From assembly GCA_002305915.1 (NCBI GenBank), contig DBRJ01000063.1:54605-118604 (forward strand): a DNA stretch of 64,000 nt. Reading direction: 5' to 3'. The translations under genes and the position numbers were made by a program. Below are positions 47,757 to 57,106 of this stretch, one piece after another; position 1 is the first letter of the stretch, and every line of letters begins with the position of its first letter. The notes beneath the pieces are model-generated. The model worked only from the letters and a program-made list of their open reading frames with translations. It did not search any database and had not been told where the DNA came from. This stretch comes from Pelotomaculum sp. UBA1371. GTDB lineage: Bacteria > Bacillota > Desulfotomaculia > Desulfotomaculales > Pelotomaculaceae.

Positions 47757-48326
47757 GTGAAAAGCGTGTTAACACCGATAGATATTCAAAAAAAGGAATT
47801 CAGTCGCAAATTCCGTGGTTATAGTGATGAGGAAGTAGATATCTTTATGGATCAGATTACCCAGGATTATGAAAAGCTTTTCCGGGAGAATCAGGATTTG
47901 AAGGATCAGCTGGAGCAGGTCAACAAAAATGTAGCCCACTATCAGGAAATTGAGGAAGTGCTTAAAAACACCATGATTCTTGCTCAGAAAAACGCCGAGG
48001 ATATCAGGCAGAATACGGAAAAGGAAGCACAATTGCTGATAGATAAGGCCAGGATCGAGGCGGACCGTATAACCAGGGAGTCCGAGCAGGAAGCAGCCGC
48101 AATTTTGCAGGAGGCAGAGCGGCGTGCCGGCGATTTGATTGCGGAGGCGGAACGTAAAGTTTCGGTCATATTTGAAGAATATCACCGTCTGGAAAGTCAG
48201 GCTCAGATTTTTAAAATGCGGTTCCGTTCTTTTCTGGAAACCCAGTTGAAAATTTTGGAGGGTGAGCACGAAGAGACTCCTTTTGAAAGAGAGGAGCCGG
48301 CAGAAGAAGAGGAAAGCCTGGATTAA
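47757..48326 (+). CDS. divIVA: Cell division/septum-site protein DivIVA
   Basis: The N-terminus 'LTPIDIQKKEFSRKFRGYSDEEVDIFMDQI' is followed by long coiled coils. The real start is probably the GTG at 47766. Confidence 0.9.
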   Translation: MKSVLTPIDIQKKEFSRKFRGYSDEEVDIFMDQITQDYEKLFRENQDLKDQLEQVNKNVAHYQEIEEVLKNTMILAQKNAEDIRQNTEKEAQLLIDKARIEADRITRESEQEAAAILQEAERRAGDLIAEAERKVSVIFEEYHRLESQAQIFKMRFRSFLETQLKILEGEHEETPFEREEPAEEEESLD

Positions 48327-48344
48327 AACCTGCTTTTTCGCGGA

Positions 48345-49022
48345 ATGGACAAAAACAGCAGGCCGGCCGGAGGGGGGCAGGGTTTGAAGAACATTTTCAA
48401 TAAGCTTGCGGGGCGGCGACCCAGGATTCAAAATGAATATGAGTATCAGGTTTTTGCTGTGCTCCTTCCGCTTATTCAAAAACAGGATCAGCTTTACATA
48501 TTATTTGAAGTCAGAGCCGGCAATTTAAGGCGGCAGCCCGGGGAAATCTGTTTCCCGGGCGGCAGGGTGGAGCTCTGGGAGATGGCCCGGCCCCATACTG
48601 CGGCTGTCCGGGAAACAGTCGAAGAACTGGGCATCCGGCAGGAACAGGTGGTCTTAATCGGACCCCTGGACTACCTGGTCAACCCCCACGGGACTCTGAT
48701 TTATCCGTACCTGGGTGTAATTGAGGATTATCAGGACGTTACTCCCAACCCGGCAGAAGTTGAGGAAATTTTTCTGGCCCCTTTGGAGTACTTCATGCTC
48801 AATCCACCCTCTAAAAGCAGTCTGGAGGTAGTAACACGCTATGCGCCGGACTTCCCCTTTCATAAAGTACCGGAGTCCTACCAAAAAGAAGGTGCCCGGC
48901 AGGGAAGCTTTACCGTGTATTTTTATGAATACGGCGGGCGTTTTATCTGGGGTATGACGGCAAGGATTTTATACAACCTGGTTAACATTTGCTGTCCGGA
49001 AGTGCCGGCGCGGCAGCCATGA
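48345..49022 (+). CDS. Nudix hydrolase, CoA-pyrophosphatase-like
   Basis: The Nudix box is 'GGRVELWEMARPHTAAVRETVEELGI', preceded by 'FEVRAGNLRRQPGEICFPGG'. The start is uncertain because no RBS is visible. Confidence 0.75.
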   Translation: MDKNSRPAGGGQGLKNIFNKLAGRRPRIQNEYEYQVFAVLLPLIQKQDQLYILFEVRAGNLRRQPGEICFPGGRVELWEMARPHTAAVRETVEELGIRQEQVVLIGPLDYLVNPHGTLIYPYLGVIEDYQDVTPNPAEVEEIFLAPLEYFMLNPPSKSSLEVVTRYAPDFPFHKVPESYQKEGARQGSFTVYFYEYGGRFIWGMTARILYNLVNICCPEVPARQP

Positions 49023-49125
49023 GCAGAATCAGGAACGGAGCTGCTGTTTGAACTGATTGACGCCGGGGTAAGGAAACTTGAAGCAGGACTACCATAGGTT
49101 TAACGGTAGCGGGAGTTGAAAAAAC

Positions 49126-49413
49126 ATGCTCAATATCCGGGAAGATAAAAACGGTGTTGTTTTCAAGGTAAGGGTGCAACCGCGTTCTTCTAAAAACCAG
49201 ATCGCAGGTTTGTTTGATGACTCGCTAAAGGTTCGTTTAACCGCCCCCCCGGTGGAGGGAGAGGCCAATGAGGCCTGCTGTGCTTTTTTGGCCAAAGTAC
49301 TGGCGGTGCCCCGCTTGCGGGTGGAAATCGCAGCGGGTCAAAGCAGCCGTAATAAACTGGTCCGTGTGGAGGGTCTGAACATAGAACAGGTTTTAAAGGC
49401 TTTGGGCTTATAA
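49126..49413 (+). CDS. YggU-family (DUF167) protein
   Basis: 'VRVQPRSSKNQI', 'LKVRLTAPPVEGEAN' and 'SSRNKLVRVEG' are present. Confidence 0.85.
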   Translation: MLNIREDKNGVVFKVRVQPRSSKNQIAGLFDDSLKVRLTAPPVEGEANEACCAFLAKVLAVPRLRVEIAAGQSSRNKLVRVEGLNIEQVLKALGL

Positions 49414-49463
49414 AGGTACGGGCGTTCTTGGTTCGGAGCCGGGTGTTTTTAAGGGTCTCCAAG

Positions 49464-49492
49464 TTGACTGAACCGGTATCTTTCTATATAAT
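49464..49492 (+). promoter_or_regulatory. Consensus sigma-A promoter of the ileS leader
   Basis: TTGACT (49464-49469), exactly 17 nt, then TATAAT (49487-49492). Confidence 0.75.
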
Positions 49493-49494
49493 AT

Positions 49495-49787
49495 TGCCTG
49501 TTAGAGCATATTCCCACCTGCCTGTGAACGGGGGGAGTAGACGGGGTGGTCCGTTTAAGAGAGCCTGGACAAGGTGCGAGCCGGGTACGGAGAACCGTCG
49601 AAAATCACCCGGGAGGCGCCGTCTGAAACCTTGCTGTGGGATTAAGAAGGGCCGGCTTGCCACCGTTATCGGGCGCGAAGCGGCTGGTTTTTGACAGAGA
49701 GCGTATCTCAAGCCTTTGCCTTAAAGACCAGCAGTTAGGGTGGTACCGCGGGTCTTCAATCCCGTCCCTTGGGGGACGGGATTTTTG
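49495..49787 (+). promoter_or_regulatory. T-box leader (tRNA-Ile responsive) with terminator/antiterminator
   Basis: Stem I elements are AGAGAG plus the distal GGUGCGA. The specifier-loop context is GAAA-AUC-A, with the Ile codon AUC at 49603-49605. The F-box-like CCGUUA is present. The T-box AGGGUGGUACCGCG lies at 49737-49750. The terminator is AATCCCGTCCC-ttgg-GGGACGGGATT followed by TTT (49758-49787). Confidence 0.85.
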
Positions 49788-49894
49788 CATTAGAAATTAT
49801 TAACCCGCCCGAACACCGGCAAGGTGATTTGTTCGTAATTAGCCGGCCGGATTCATTATTCATTAAATCATTAATAAGCGAGGTGTCTAAAGCA

Positions 49895-52678
49895 TTGGAC
49901 TACAGCAAGACATTAAACCTGCCTAAAACCGACTTTCCCATGCGGGGGAATCTGCCTCAGCGGGAGCCGGAGATTTTAAAATTCTGGGAAGAAATTAATA
50001 TTTATGAAATGGTCCAGCAAAAAAACCGGGGACGCCGGAAGTTCATCCTGCATGACGGGCCCCCTTACGCCAACGGGCATATTCACCTGGGTCACGTTTT
50101 AAACAAGGTATTAAAGGATATTGTCATAAAGTACCACTCCATGTCCGGTTATGACGCGCCTTATGTACCGGGCTGGGATACCCACGGCCTGCCCATTGAG
50201 CAGCAGGCCATCAAAGCCTTCGGTCTGAACCGTCATCAAATCCCCCCGGTGGAATTCCGGCAAAAGTGCAAGGAATTTGCCCTGAAATACGTAGAGATCC
50301 AGCGGGAAGAATTCAAGCGCCTGGGCGTGCGGGGTGAGTGGGACAATCCTTACCTGACCCTGAAGCCCTATTTCGAGGCCCGCCAGATTGGCGCCTTCGG
50401 TGAAATGGCCAAAAAGGGCTATATTTATAAGGGTCTGAAGCCGGTCTACTGGTGTGCCTCCTGCGAAACCGCCCTGGCCGAGGCCGAAGTGGAGTACGAC
50501 GATAAACGCTCGGCTTCGATTTATGTGCGTTTCCCGGTTTGCAACGGCAGGGGGGTCCTGCCTGAAAAGGATACCTATGTGGTCATCTGGACCACCACAC
50601 CCTGGACGCTGCCCGCCAACCTGGCTATTTGCCTGCACCCCGACTACCGCTATGTCCTGGTCCGGACAGACCGGGAACAATATCTGGTTGCCGAAGAATT
50701 AAAAGATAGTTTTCTGGAGCTTATCGGCGCCTCCAACGCCGAAGTGACAGCAGATTTTAAAGGGTCGGAGCTGGAGCGGGTGGAATGCGGCCACCCCTTT
50801 GTAGACAGAGTTTCCCTGGTAATCCTGGGCGGGCACGTTACCCTGGAGCAGGGCACCGGTTGTGTGCACACCGCACCGGGCCACGGCATGGAGGACTTCA
50901 TTGTAGGCAGGGAGTACGGTCTGCCGGTGCTCTCGCCGGTGGACGCCAGGGGGCGTTTTACCGGGGAAGGGGGCATCTTTGCCGGCCAGTTTTACCTGGA
51001 CGCCAACAAAGCAGTCCTGGAAGAACTGCAGCGCCGGGGGCATCTGCTGCATCAAGCCACAGTCCAGCACCAGTATCCGCACTGCTGGCGCTGCAAAAAA
51101 CCGGTCTTTTTCCGCGCCACGGAGCAGTGGTTTGCCTCCATTGACGGATTCCGCCAGGCGACCCTGGAGGCAATCCGCAAGGTGCGCTGGATCCCGGCCT
51201 GGGGCGAGGAGCGCATCTACAGCATGGTTGCCAACCGGGGCGACTGGTGCATTTCCCGCCAGCGCAGCTGGGGAGTGCCCATCCCTATTTTTTACTGCAA
51301 AGAGTGCGGCAAAGAGCTCATTAATGATCAAACCATCAGCCACCTCCAGGAACTGTTCCGGGAACACGGCTCCGATGTCTGGTTTGCCAGGGAGGCAGGC
51401 GAACTGCTGCCGCCCGGAATAAAATGCCCGCACTGCAGCAGCGGGGAATTCAGCAAGGAAAAAGACATCATGGACGTCTGGTTTGATTCCGGCACCAGCC
51501 ACCTGGGCGTTCTGGACCAGAATCCCGACTGGCCGGATTTGCGCTGGCCTGCCGATCTGTACCTGGAGGGGAGCGATCAGCACCGCGGCTGGTTTAATTC
51601 ATCCCTGTCCACTTCTGTGGCCGTAACCGGAGAGGCGCCCTACCGGGCGGTCTTAACCCACGGTTTTGTTGTGGATGAGCAGGGCCGGAAGATGTCGAAG
51701 TCCCTGGGCAATGTGGTGGACCCCGCTAAAGTTATCCAACAAATGGGCGCGGATATTTTAAGGCTGTGGGTCAGTTCGGCCGACTACCGGGGCGACCTGG
51801 CAGCCTCCCCGGGCATCCTCAAGCAGATGACGGAGGCCTACCGGAAAATCAGGAACACCTGCCGTTTCCTGCTGGGCAACCTCTATGATTTTGACCCTGC
51901 TAAAGACGCAATCAGTTATCACGAAATGCTGGAAATCGACCGCTGGGCCCTGTTGAAGCTGCAAAAATTGATCCGGAAAGTTACCTGCGGCTACCGTGAT
52001 TACGAGTTTCATGTTGTTTATCACGCTATCCACGGTTTTTGCACCGTTGATCTGAGCGCCCTTTACCTGGATATAATTAAAGACCGCCTTTACACCGCTC
52101 CGACCCGTTCTCCGGAGCGGCGGTCCGCCCAAACTGTCCTTTACCATGCTCTAAGTGCCCTGGCGCGGCTGTTGGCCCCGGTGCTGGCCTTTACCTCGGA
52201 AGAAATCTGGCGCTACATTCCCGGCGACAGGGAAGGGGCCATCAGCGTGCAGCTTACCTCCATGCCCGAAGTTGTGGAAGAGTACCTTGATGAAGAACTG
52301 GACCAGAAGTGGGAGCGCCTCCTGGAAGTACGGGGTGAAGTGACCAGGGCCCTGGAAGCCGCCCGGCGGGATAAGGTTATCGGTAACTCCCTGGAAGCCG
52401 CCGTTGAACTGTACGCCGGAGAAGACCTGTACAACTTTTTAAAGCCCATGGCTAAAGAACTGGCCGCTATCTTTATCGTATCCGGCGCCACTCTGAAACC
52501 TCTGGAAGAGATCCCTGGAGGCGTAAGGGAATCAGAGCAACTTCCGGGGCTGGCGGTGACCGTGCGGACCGCCGGCGGCCGTAAATGTGAACGCTGCTGG
52601 ATGTACCACGAAGGCGTGGGTGCTGATTCCGGACACCCCGCCCTCTGTCCCCGCTGCGTAGGGGTTATAACACAATAA
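49895..52678 (+). CDS. ileS: Isoleucine--tRNA ligase (type 1)
   Basis: The TTG start at 49895 follows GAGGTG and gives [21 protein letters not shown].... The HIGH motif is '[12 protein letters not shown]' and KMSKS is 'KMSKS'. The C-terminal zinc ribbon is 'CERCW...CPRC'. The ORF-track start at 49769 lies inside the T-box terminator. Confidence 0.95.
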   Translation: MDYSKTLNLPKTDFPMRGNLPQREPEILKFWEEINIYEMVQQKNRGRRKFILHDGPPYANGHIHLGHVLNKVLKDIVIKYHSMSGYDAPYVPGWDTHGLPIEQQAIKAFGLNRHQIPPVEFRQKCKEFALKYVEIQREEFKRLGVRGEWDNPYLTLKPYFEARQIGAFGEMAKKGYIYKGLKPVYWCASCETALAEAEVEYDDKRSASIYVRFPVCNGRGVLPEKDTYVVIWTTTPWTLPANLAICLHPDYRYVLVRTDREQYLVAEELKDSFLELIGASNAEVTADFKGSELERVECGHPFVDRVSLVILGGHVTLEQGTGCVHTAPGHGMEDFIVGREYGLPVLSPVDARGRFTGEGGIFAGQFYLDANKAVLEELQRRGHLLHQATVQHQYPHCWRCKKPVFFRATEQWFASIDGFRQATLEAIRKVRWIPAWGEERIYSMVANRGDWCISRQRSWGVPIPIFYCKECGKELINDQTISHLQELFREHGSDVWFAREAGELLPPGIKCPHCSSGEFSKEKDIMDVWFDSGTSHLGVLDQNPDWPDLRWPADLYLEGSDQHRGWFNSSLSTSVAVTGEAPYRAVLTHGFVVDEQGRKMSKSLGNVVDPAKVIQQMGADILRLWVSSADYRGDLAASPGILKQMTEAYRKIRNTCRFLLGNLYDFDPAKDAISYHEMLEIDRWALLKLQKLIRKVTCGYRDYEFHVVYHAIHGFCTVDLSALYLDIIKDRLYTAPTRSPERRSAQTVLYHALSALARLLAPVLAFTSEEIWRYIPGDREGAISVQLTSMPEVVEEYLDEELDQKWERLLEVRGEVTRALEAARRDKVIGNSLEAAVELYAGEDLYNFLKPMAKELAAIFIVSGATLKPLEEIPGGVRESEQLPGLAVTVRTAGGRKCERCWMYHEGVGADSGHPALCPRCVGVITQ

Positions 52679-52744
52679 GCCGGGGGAATTCTTTATGCTT
52701 AATTCCGGGCAGGGCTGGTTCGCCCTGTTCCAGAAATATTTCAT

Positions 52745-52769
52745 GGCGGTGTAAAAGCCGCCTTTTTTT
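52745..52769 (+). terminator. Rho-independent terminator after ileS
   Basis: GGCGG-tgtaaaag-CCGCC followed by TTTTTTT. Confidence 0.6.
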
Positions 52770-52884
52770 GTCTAAAAATTTCAAAGATCGGGGGGAAATT
52801 TGCGGGTGCGTGTCCAAACCTTTAAAGAAAAGCCAAAGGACGGCAGTCATGGATTGCTGCCCGGGCTGAAAGGTGTGAGCTGAA

Positions 52885-53283
52885 TTGAATCAGAATAAAG
52901 CCGGGGAATTCAGGGAAGAAGGCGACAGGAAGGTGTTTGAAAGTAAAAAAAAGGGGGGCGGCCTCAGCCCCGCTCACAGGTTTCTTGCCTTTATGCTCTG
53001 GCTTGGAGTGGTCTGCGGCGGATTTTTTCTGGCCAAGTATTACTTTGATCAGGCTATTCAGACTGTTCAGCAGACCAACGCTATGAATGTGCAGACCCTG
53101 GAAGCCCGTTTGGAGAGCTTGGCCGCAGATGTTGGTGAAATAAAAAAAGATCTGAATTCAGCGGGGCGCACCCTGTCCAGCTCTGACTCCATCCAGAAGG
53201 AGTTAAACAAGAAAATTGAAGAGTTGGACAGTCAGCTCAAAGAATTGGAAAAGAGTTTAAATATTTTAAGGGAGGCCCCCTGA
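52885..53283 (+). CDS. Hypothetical membrane-anchored coiled-coil protein
   Basis: It has one TM segment ('FLAFMLWLGVVCGGFFLAKYY') followed by heptad-like 'LEARLESLAADVGEIKKDL...LDSQLKELEKSLNIL'. Its stop overlaps the next ATG (TGATG). It starts at TTG. Confidence 0.5.
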   Translation: MNQNKAGEFREEGDRKVFESKKKGGGLSPAHRFLAFMLWLGVVCGGFFLAKYYFDQAIQTVQQTNAMNVQTLEARLESLAADVGEIKKDLNSAGRTLSSSDSIQKELNKKIEELDSQLKELEKSLNILREAP

Positions 53284-54314
53284 TGCGGCATGTCAATTTA
53301 TTTCTGGTTTTTTCTCTGGCTCCTTTTATCGGCTTGTTGCTTTTTTTCACCGGCCTTCCCAAAAGCCTGCAGGCCCTGGAAATGCCGTTGAAAAGCCTGC
53401 ATGAGGGCACGGGTGTAATAGAAGGCCAGTTGTTGGAGATCAGGCGGGATACGGGCATATTGAGTGAAACTGTGCTGGAACAGGAGCGCCTTTACCAGGA
53501 ACAGAGTAATATCCTGGAATCCCTTGCCGGCAAAAGCCAGGAGCACAGGCAGCTCTCGGACGGGATCTATGAGGAGCGCATCCTGGCCATGCTGGGGCCT
53601 CCCGTGGGTACCCACAGGTCCGGGCGGGTGGAAATCAAGGTCTTTAAACTGGACGAGCTTGGCTACCGGGGGTATATTGCCAAAATTAAACTTTTTGATC
53701 CCGGGGCCTTGAAAGTTGTCCTGGCCGGGGACAAACCCGGCAATCTGGAAACAACTGCAAATGCAGTAAAGCGCACCGGGGCCATCCTGGGTATTAACGG
53801 GGGCGGTTTTTACAATGCCGGCGGCAAGTCGCTTCCCATCGGCAATACGGTAATCGACGGCAAACTGGTTGGAGGTTTTACCCCCGCAGATGATGTTTTT
53901 TTTGCCGGTACAGGAAAAAGCGGCTCCTTTATCGGCGGGGTTTTCACCAAAAAAGAAGACCTGCTCAAACTCGATCCCTGGCAGGGTGTAAGTTTTCTGC
54001 CGGTCCTGATCAGGCAGGGGCAACCCGCATCCATTCCGGAAGAATGGAAAACCACCCGCCAGCCGCGAACCATTATCGGTGAGTACGCCAACGGGGATCT
54101 GATCCTGATTGTTGTGGACGGGCGTCAAGCAGACTGGAGCAGCGGTGTAACCCTGGAAAGGCTGCAGGTTAAACTGGCGGAGCTGGGTGTCAAAGAAGGC
54201 TACAATCTTGACGGCGGCGGCTCCAGTACCTTTATTTTCAAGGGTGAAGTCTTAAACCGCCCTTCCGACGGAAAACAGCGGCCGGTAGTTACAAATATTG
54301 TAATTATGCCCTGA
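53283..54314 (+). CDS. Phosphodiester glycosidase (NAGPA/DUF2233) family protein
   Basis: It has a signal/TM N-terminus. 'GAILGINGGGF', 'PRTIIGEYANGDLILIVVDGRQ' and 'YNLDGGGSSTFIFKGEVLNRPSDG..RPV.N.' are typical of this family. Confidence 0.75.
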   Translation: MRHVNLFLVFSLAPFIGLLLFFTGLPKSLQALEMPLKSLHEGTGVIEGQLLEIRRDTGILSETVLEQERLYQEQSNILESLAGKSQEHRQLSDGIYEERILAMLGPPVGTHRSGRVEIKVFKLDELGYRGYIAKIKLFDPGALKVVLAGDKPGNLETTANAVKRTGAILGINGGGFYNAGGKSLPIGNTVIDGKLVGGFTPADDVFFAGTGKSGSFIGGVFTKKEDLLKLDPWQGVSFLPVLIRQGQPASIPEEWKTTRQPRTIIGEYANGDLILIVVDGRQADWSSGVTLERLQVKLAELGVKEGYNLDGGGSSTFIFKGEVLNRPSDGKQRPVVTNIVIMP

Positions 54315-54388
54315 CCTTAAAGCGGTCAAAAACATTGTGTGCTGCTCCACCGGCCCGGTTAATGCTAAAAAGATTGTTCCCAAGACAA

Positions 54389-54420
54389 GAAACCTTCCTC
54401 ATAGAATTGAGGAAGGTTTC
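54389..54420. terminator. Perfect 12-bp hairpin flanking the stem-loop array (best read as a terminator on the minus strand)
   Basis: GAAACCTTCCTC-atagaatt-GAGGAAGGTTTC. On the minus strand it is followed by UUGUCUUGG. On the plus strand it is followed by UAUGUUAAG. Confidence 0.5.
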
Positions 54421-54431
54421 TATGTTAAGAG

Positions 54432-54838
54432 CCCGTAATGACCTACGCTCCAGCCATTACGCATACCTTCGCAGCCCATGACAATCTTTCGACTGCCATG
54501 AACCATTACGGCACCCGTAATGACCTTTGCTCGACTATCATGGATATCTAGGGAGCCTATAACAATCTTTCGACTGCTATAGACCCCAGGCTTAAAAGTA
54601 GAGTCATAGCATCCGAAACCCATGATAGTCTTAGCTCGACCAATGGACATCCCTTGTGACCCTGCAGCAATCGTTCGGACTGCTGCAAAGCCTGCCGGAA
54701 CACCCATCAGTCTGCCCTCCGGCCAATACCGAACCATTTTGACCCGGTATTGACCTTTGGCCGACTATTACAGAGCCTTGTTGACCCTGTAACAGTCTTG
54801 GCTCGGCCATTACGAACCCTTGTGATAGTATTGTGCCC
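54432..54838 (-). repeat. Array of at least 9 tandem degenerate stem-loop units (~41-nt period), candidate structured ncRNA
   Basis: Each unit on the + strand starts with CCC followed by an imperfect palindrome around a conserved core, (a)atcTTTCGACtgc or acctTTGCTCGAC. Hairpins lie at 54434-61, 54477-500, 54518-40, 54556-82, 54620-46, 54663-87, 54706-27, 54747-71 and 54789-813. On the minus strand they read, for example, CAUGGCAGUC-GAAA-GAUUGUCAUG and CUAUAGCAGUC-GAAA-GAUUGUUAUAG. No RBS is visible for the two overlapping minus-strand ORFs in the track. Confidence 0.6.
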
Positions 54839-55119
54839 AAAAGAGCAGGCTTTATTAACAAATTTACATGGTAATTTTATACAATTTTTTTGCTTTTTTC
54901 TCCAATGATTCTAGTAAAATAATAGTCCTTTCCAAAAAAATCCTGGTCTTTTTGATTGGAGGATTTGGCAGGAACCTTTTCGGACAGACTTAAAGCAGGT
55001 TAATATTTTTAAAGATTAGCCTCCTGTTCGTAACAGAGTGTAGAATTATTCGCCTTACTTTCATTTAATTATGCTGCAAGGGGAATCAATTATGGTAAAA
55101 TTAGTAACGGTGATGGGAA

Positions 55120-55575
55120 ATGTTCTTTTTAATTATTGCAATTGTCTTATTGCTTGATCAGGGCTCCAAGGCGGCTGTGCAGATGTGGATGTATCAGGGC
55201 GAATCCATACCCATTATCAAGCAGGTTTTTCACCTCACCTACATCCTTAATCCGGGGGCGGCCTTCGGCTTCCTGGCCCACCAGACGAACCTCTTCATTA
55301 TCGTTACGGTGGGCCTGGTCCTGGGGGTGCTGCTGTTTTACCGGAGCCTGCCCCTGGAGAGGGTTTTCATGCGCTACGGCCTGGCCCTGGTTGTGGGGGG
55401 GGCTCTGGGCAACCTGGTGGACCGCCTGCGTTTCGGCAAGGTCGTTGATTTTCTGGATTTTCGGGTGTGGCCGGTCTTTAACCTGGCTGATTCGGCCATT
55501 GTGATCGGCGTCTGCCTGTTGACTCTGGATTTTTTAAAGGATTCGGTTCAAAAACAGGATAAGGAAAGTGAGTAA
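55120..55575 (+). CDS. lspA: Lipoprotein signal peptidase (signal peptidase II)
   Basis: 'LLLDQGSK', 'NPGAAFG', 'GGALGNLVDR' and 'VVDFLDF..WPVFNLADSAI' are present. Confidence 0.92.
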   Translation: MFFLIIAIVLLLDQGSKAAVQMWMYQGESIPIIKQVFHLTYILNPGAAFGFLAHQTNLFIIVTVGLVLGVLLFYRSLPLERVFMRYGLALVVGGALGNLVDRLRFGKVVDFLDFRVWPVFNLADSAIVIGVCLLTLDFLKDSVQKQDKESE

Positions 55576-55577
55576 CA

Positions 55578-56516
55578 GTGCCGGAAGTTTATCCCTTTGA
55601 AGTGGCCGAGGATGATGCCGGGAAGAGGCTGGATGTTTTTCTCTCTGAGGAAATTGAGGAGTTTACCCGTTCTTTCATCCAGAAACTAATTGCTGGTGGA
55701 CTGGCATCCGTCAACCGGGCGCCGGCCCGGGCCAGTTACAGGGTCAAGCCCCGGGATCTGGTAGAACTGCAGGTGCCTGAGCCGGAGGGACTGAAATTGG
55801 AGGGCGAACCCATACCCCTGGATGTTTATTATGAAGACAGCGATGTCATTGTAGTGAACAAGCCCCGGGGCATGGTGGTCCATCCTGCGGAAGGCAATTA
55901 TTCCGGCACGCTGGTTCACGCCCTGCTGGCTCACTGCAAAGATCTATCGGGGATCAACGGAATAACACGCCCGGGGATCGTACACCGGCTGGATAAAGAT
56001 ACCTCCGGCCTGATTGTGGCAGCCAAAAACGATTTTGCCCACCTGGACCTGGCCCGGCAATTTAAGGACAGGCTCATTACCCGGCGTTATTTGGCCCTGG
56101 TGCATGGCCGGGTCAAGGAGCAGAGCGGCGCCGTGGATGCCCCCATTGGGAGAGACCCGCGGGACAGGCAAAAAATGGCAGTTGTAATGAAAAACGGAAA
56201 GCACGCCGTAACAGGGTACCGCGTGCTCCGCCGTTTTCAGGACTATACCTGGCTGGAGTTAAAACTTGAAACCGGCCGTACTCATCAGATTAGAGTGCAT
56301 CTGTCTTTTATCGGTCATCCCCTGGTGGGCGACCAGAAGTACGGTCCCGCACGGTCCCATTTCAATTTAAACGGACAATTCCTGCACGCGGCGGTGCTGG
56401 GTTTCAGCCATCCCCGGAAGGGAACCCGGATTGAACTTGAGGCGCCCCTGCCCGGGGAACTGGCCGCTGTTTTACAGAAATTAACGCCTGAAGATACGGA
56501 GCCCCCGGGTGAATAG
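55578..56516 (+). CDS. rluD: 23S rRNA pseudouridine synthase, RluD subfamily (S4 plus RluA catalytic domain)
   Basis: It has an N-terminal S4-like region. The catalytic motif is 'GIVHRLDKDTSGLIVAAK', and 'TGRTHQIRVHL' is also present. It starts at GTG 55578. Confidence 0.9.
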   Translation: MPEVYPFEVAEDDAGKRLDVFLSEEIEEFTRSFIQKLIAGGLASVNRAPARASYRVKPRDLVELQVPEPEGLKLEGEPIPLDVYYEDSDVIVVNKPRGMVVHPAEGNYSGTLVHALLAHCKDLSGINGITRPGIVHRLDKDTSGLIVAAKNDFAHLDLARQFKDRLITRRYLALVHGRVKEQSGAVDAPIGRDPRDRQKMAVVMKNGKHAVTGYRVLRRFQDYTWLELKLETGRTHQIRVHLSFIGHPLVGDQKYGPARSHFNLNGQFLHAAVLGFSHPRKGTRIELEAPLPGELAAVLQKLTPEDTEPPGE

Positions 56517-56936
56517 AGCTGCAACAGCCGCTGCCATCAGGGGACCCACGGGCACGCCGTGTAAAAAGACGATGCCCAGAATCGAGCCGATAACCAGCCC
56601 AAAGACGATCTCCGGATCTATTTTTAATAGTTTCAAACCTTGAGTGTTGAGACAGGTAGCCAGGGCTCCCCCGGCGATAGAAAGAATACCGGGAAGCGAA
56701 GTCAGGTTGTAGATGATGTCCTGTTCGGTTATTTTGCCGTTGGCCAGGGGTACCAGGATGGAAAGCATCAGGAAAAGAATACCCATTTCCAACCCGCGCC
56801 GTTCCAGGAGAGAGAAGACAAATTTAAGGTTGGTAAATTTAGCGATTAACAACAGGCAGGCTGCCGTAGCTATGAGGTTGGAGCGGGCCATAATTCCAAT
56901 GAGCAGCAGTGCCACCAGCATATTAACCCCGGACAT
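56481..56936 (-). CDS. UPF0756/DUF441-family membrane protein (YtwI-like)
   Basis: A 151-aa polytopic protein with 'ILVPLANGKI', 'LSIAGGALATCLN' and 'HGVPVGPLMAAAVAAL'. RBS AGAGGGA precedes the start. Its 3' end overlaps the rluD 3' end by 36 nt (convergent genes). Confidence 0.8.
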   Translation of the reverse strand: MSGVNMLVALLLIGIMARSNLIATAACLLLIAKFTNLKFVFSLLERRGLEMGILFLMLSILVPLANGKITEQDIIYNLTSLPGILSIAGGALATCLNTQGLKLLKIDPEIVFGLVIGSILGIVFLHGVPVGPLMAAAVAALFTRGLRIFRR

Positions 56937-57106
56937 AATTTTCCCTCTTCTTTCCAGTGCTGTGCTAATAAATATGCGAAAACCCGCCGGTTATATTACC
57001 AAAAGCCTGCCGGGCGGCGCATGAGGTTGACAGAGCTTTTTTTTAGAATGTCCGGGCCAAACTTATTCCGGGCACGCCAGCTTCAAAAATGGCCGGACAG
57101 GGCAGC

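Noticed and set aside
49428-49790. Small ORFs within the ileS leader (49428-49694 +, 49484-49711 -, 49605-49790 -)
   Set aside because: The region is fully explained by the T-box riboswitch. The ORF products are Arg/Pro-rich junk.
49769-49894. N-terminal 42-codon extension of ileS given by the ORF track
   Set aside because: It begins inside the T-box terminator stem, and its sequence ([16 protein letters not shown]...) is not IleRS-like. The canonical N-terminus (M)[17 protein letters not shown] starts at TTG 49895, behind GAGGTG.
54432-54838. CRISPR array
   Set aside because: The repeats are degenerate rather than near-identical. The 'spacers' between hairpins are only ~1-16 nt. No cas genes or leader are present in the window.
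54420-54861. Two minus-strand ORFs (54420-54737, 105 aa; 54631-54861, 76 aa) treated as real protein genes
   Set aside because: - Neither has a Shine-Dalgarno sequence.
- They exist because a stop-free ~41-nt unit is repeated.
- They sit in different frames across one array.
- Sequence differences between units are compensatory for base pairing rather than synonymous.

The idea is kept as an alternative hypothesis (a decayed repeat-protein gene) inside the main finding.
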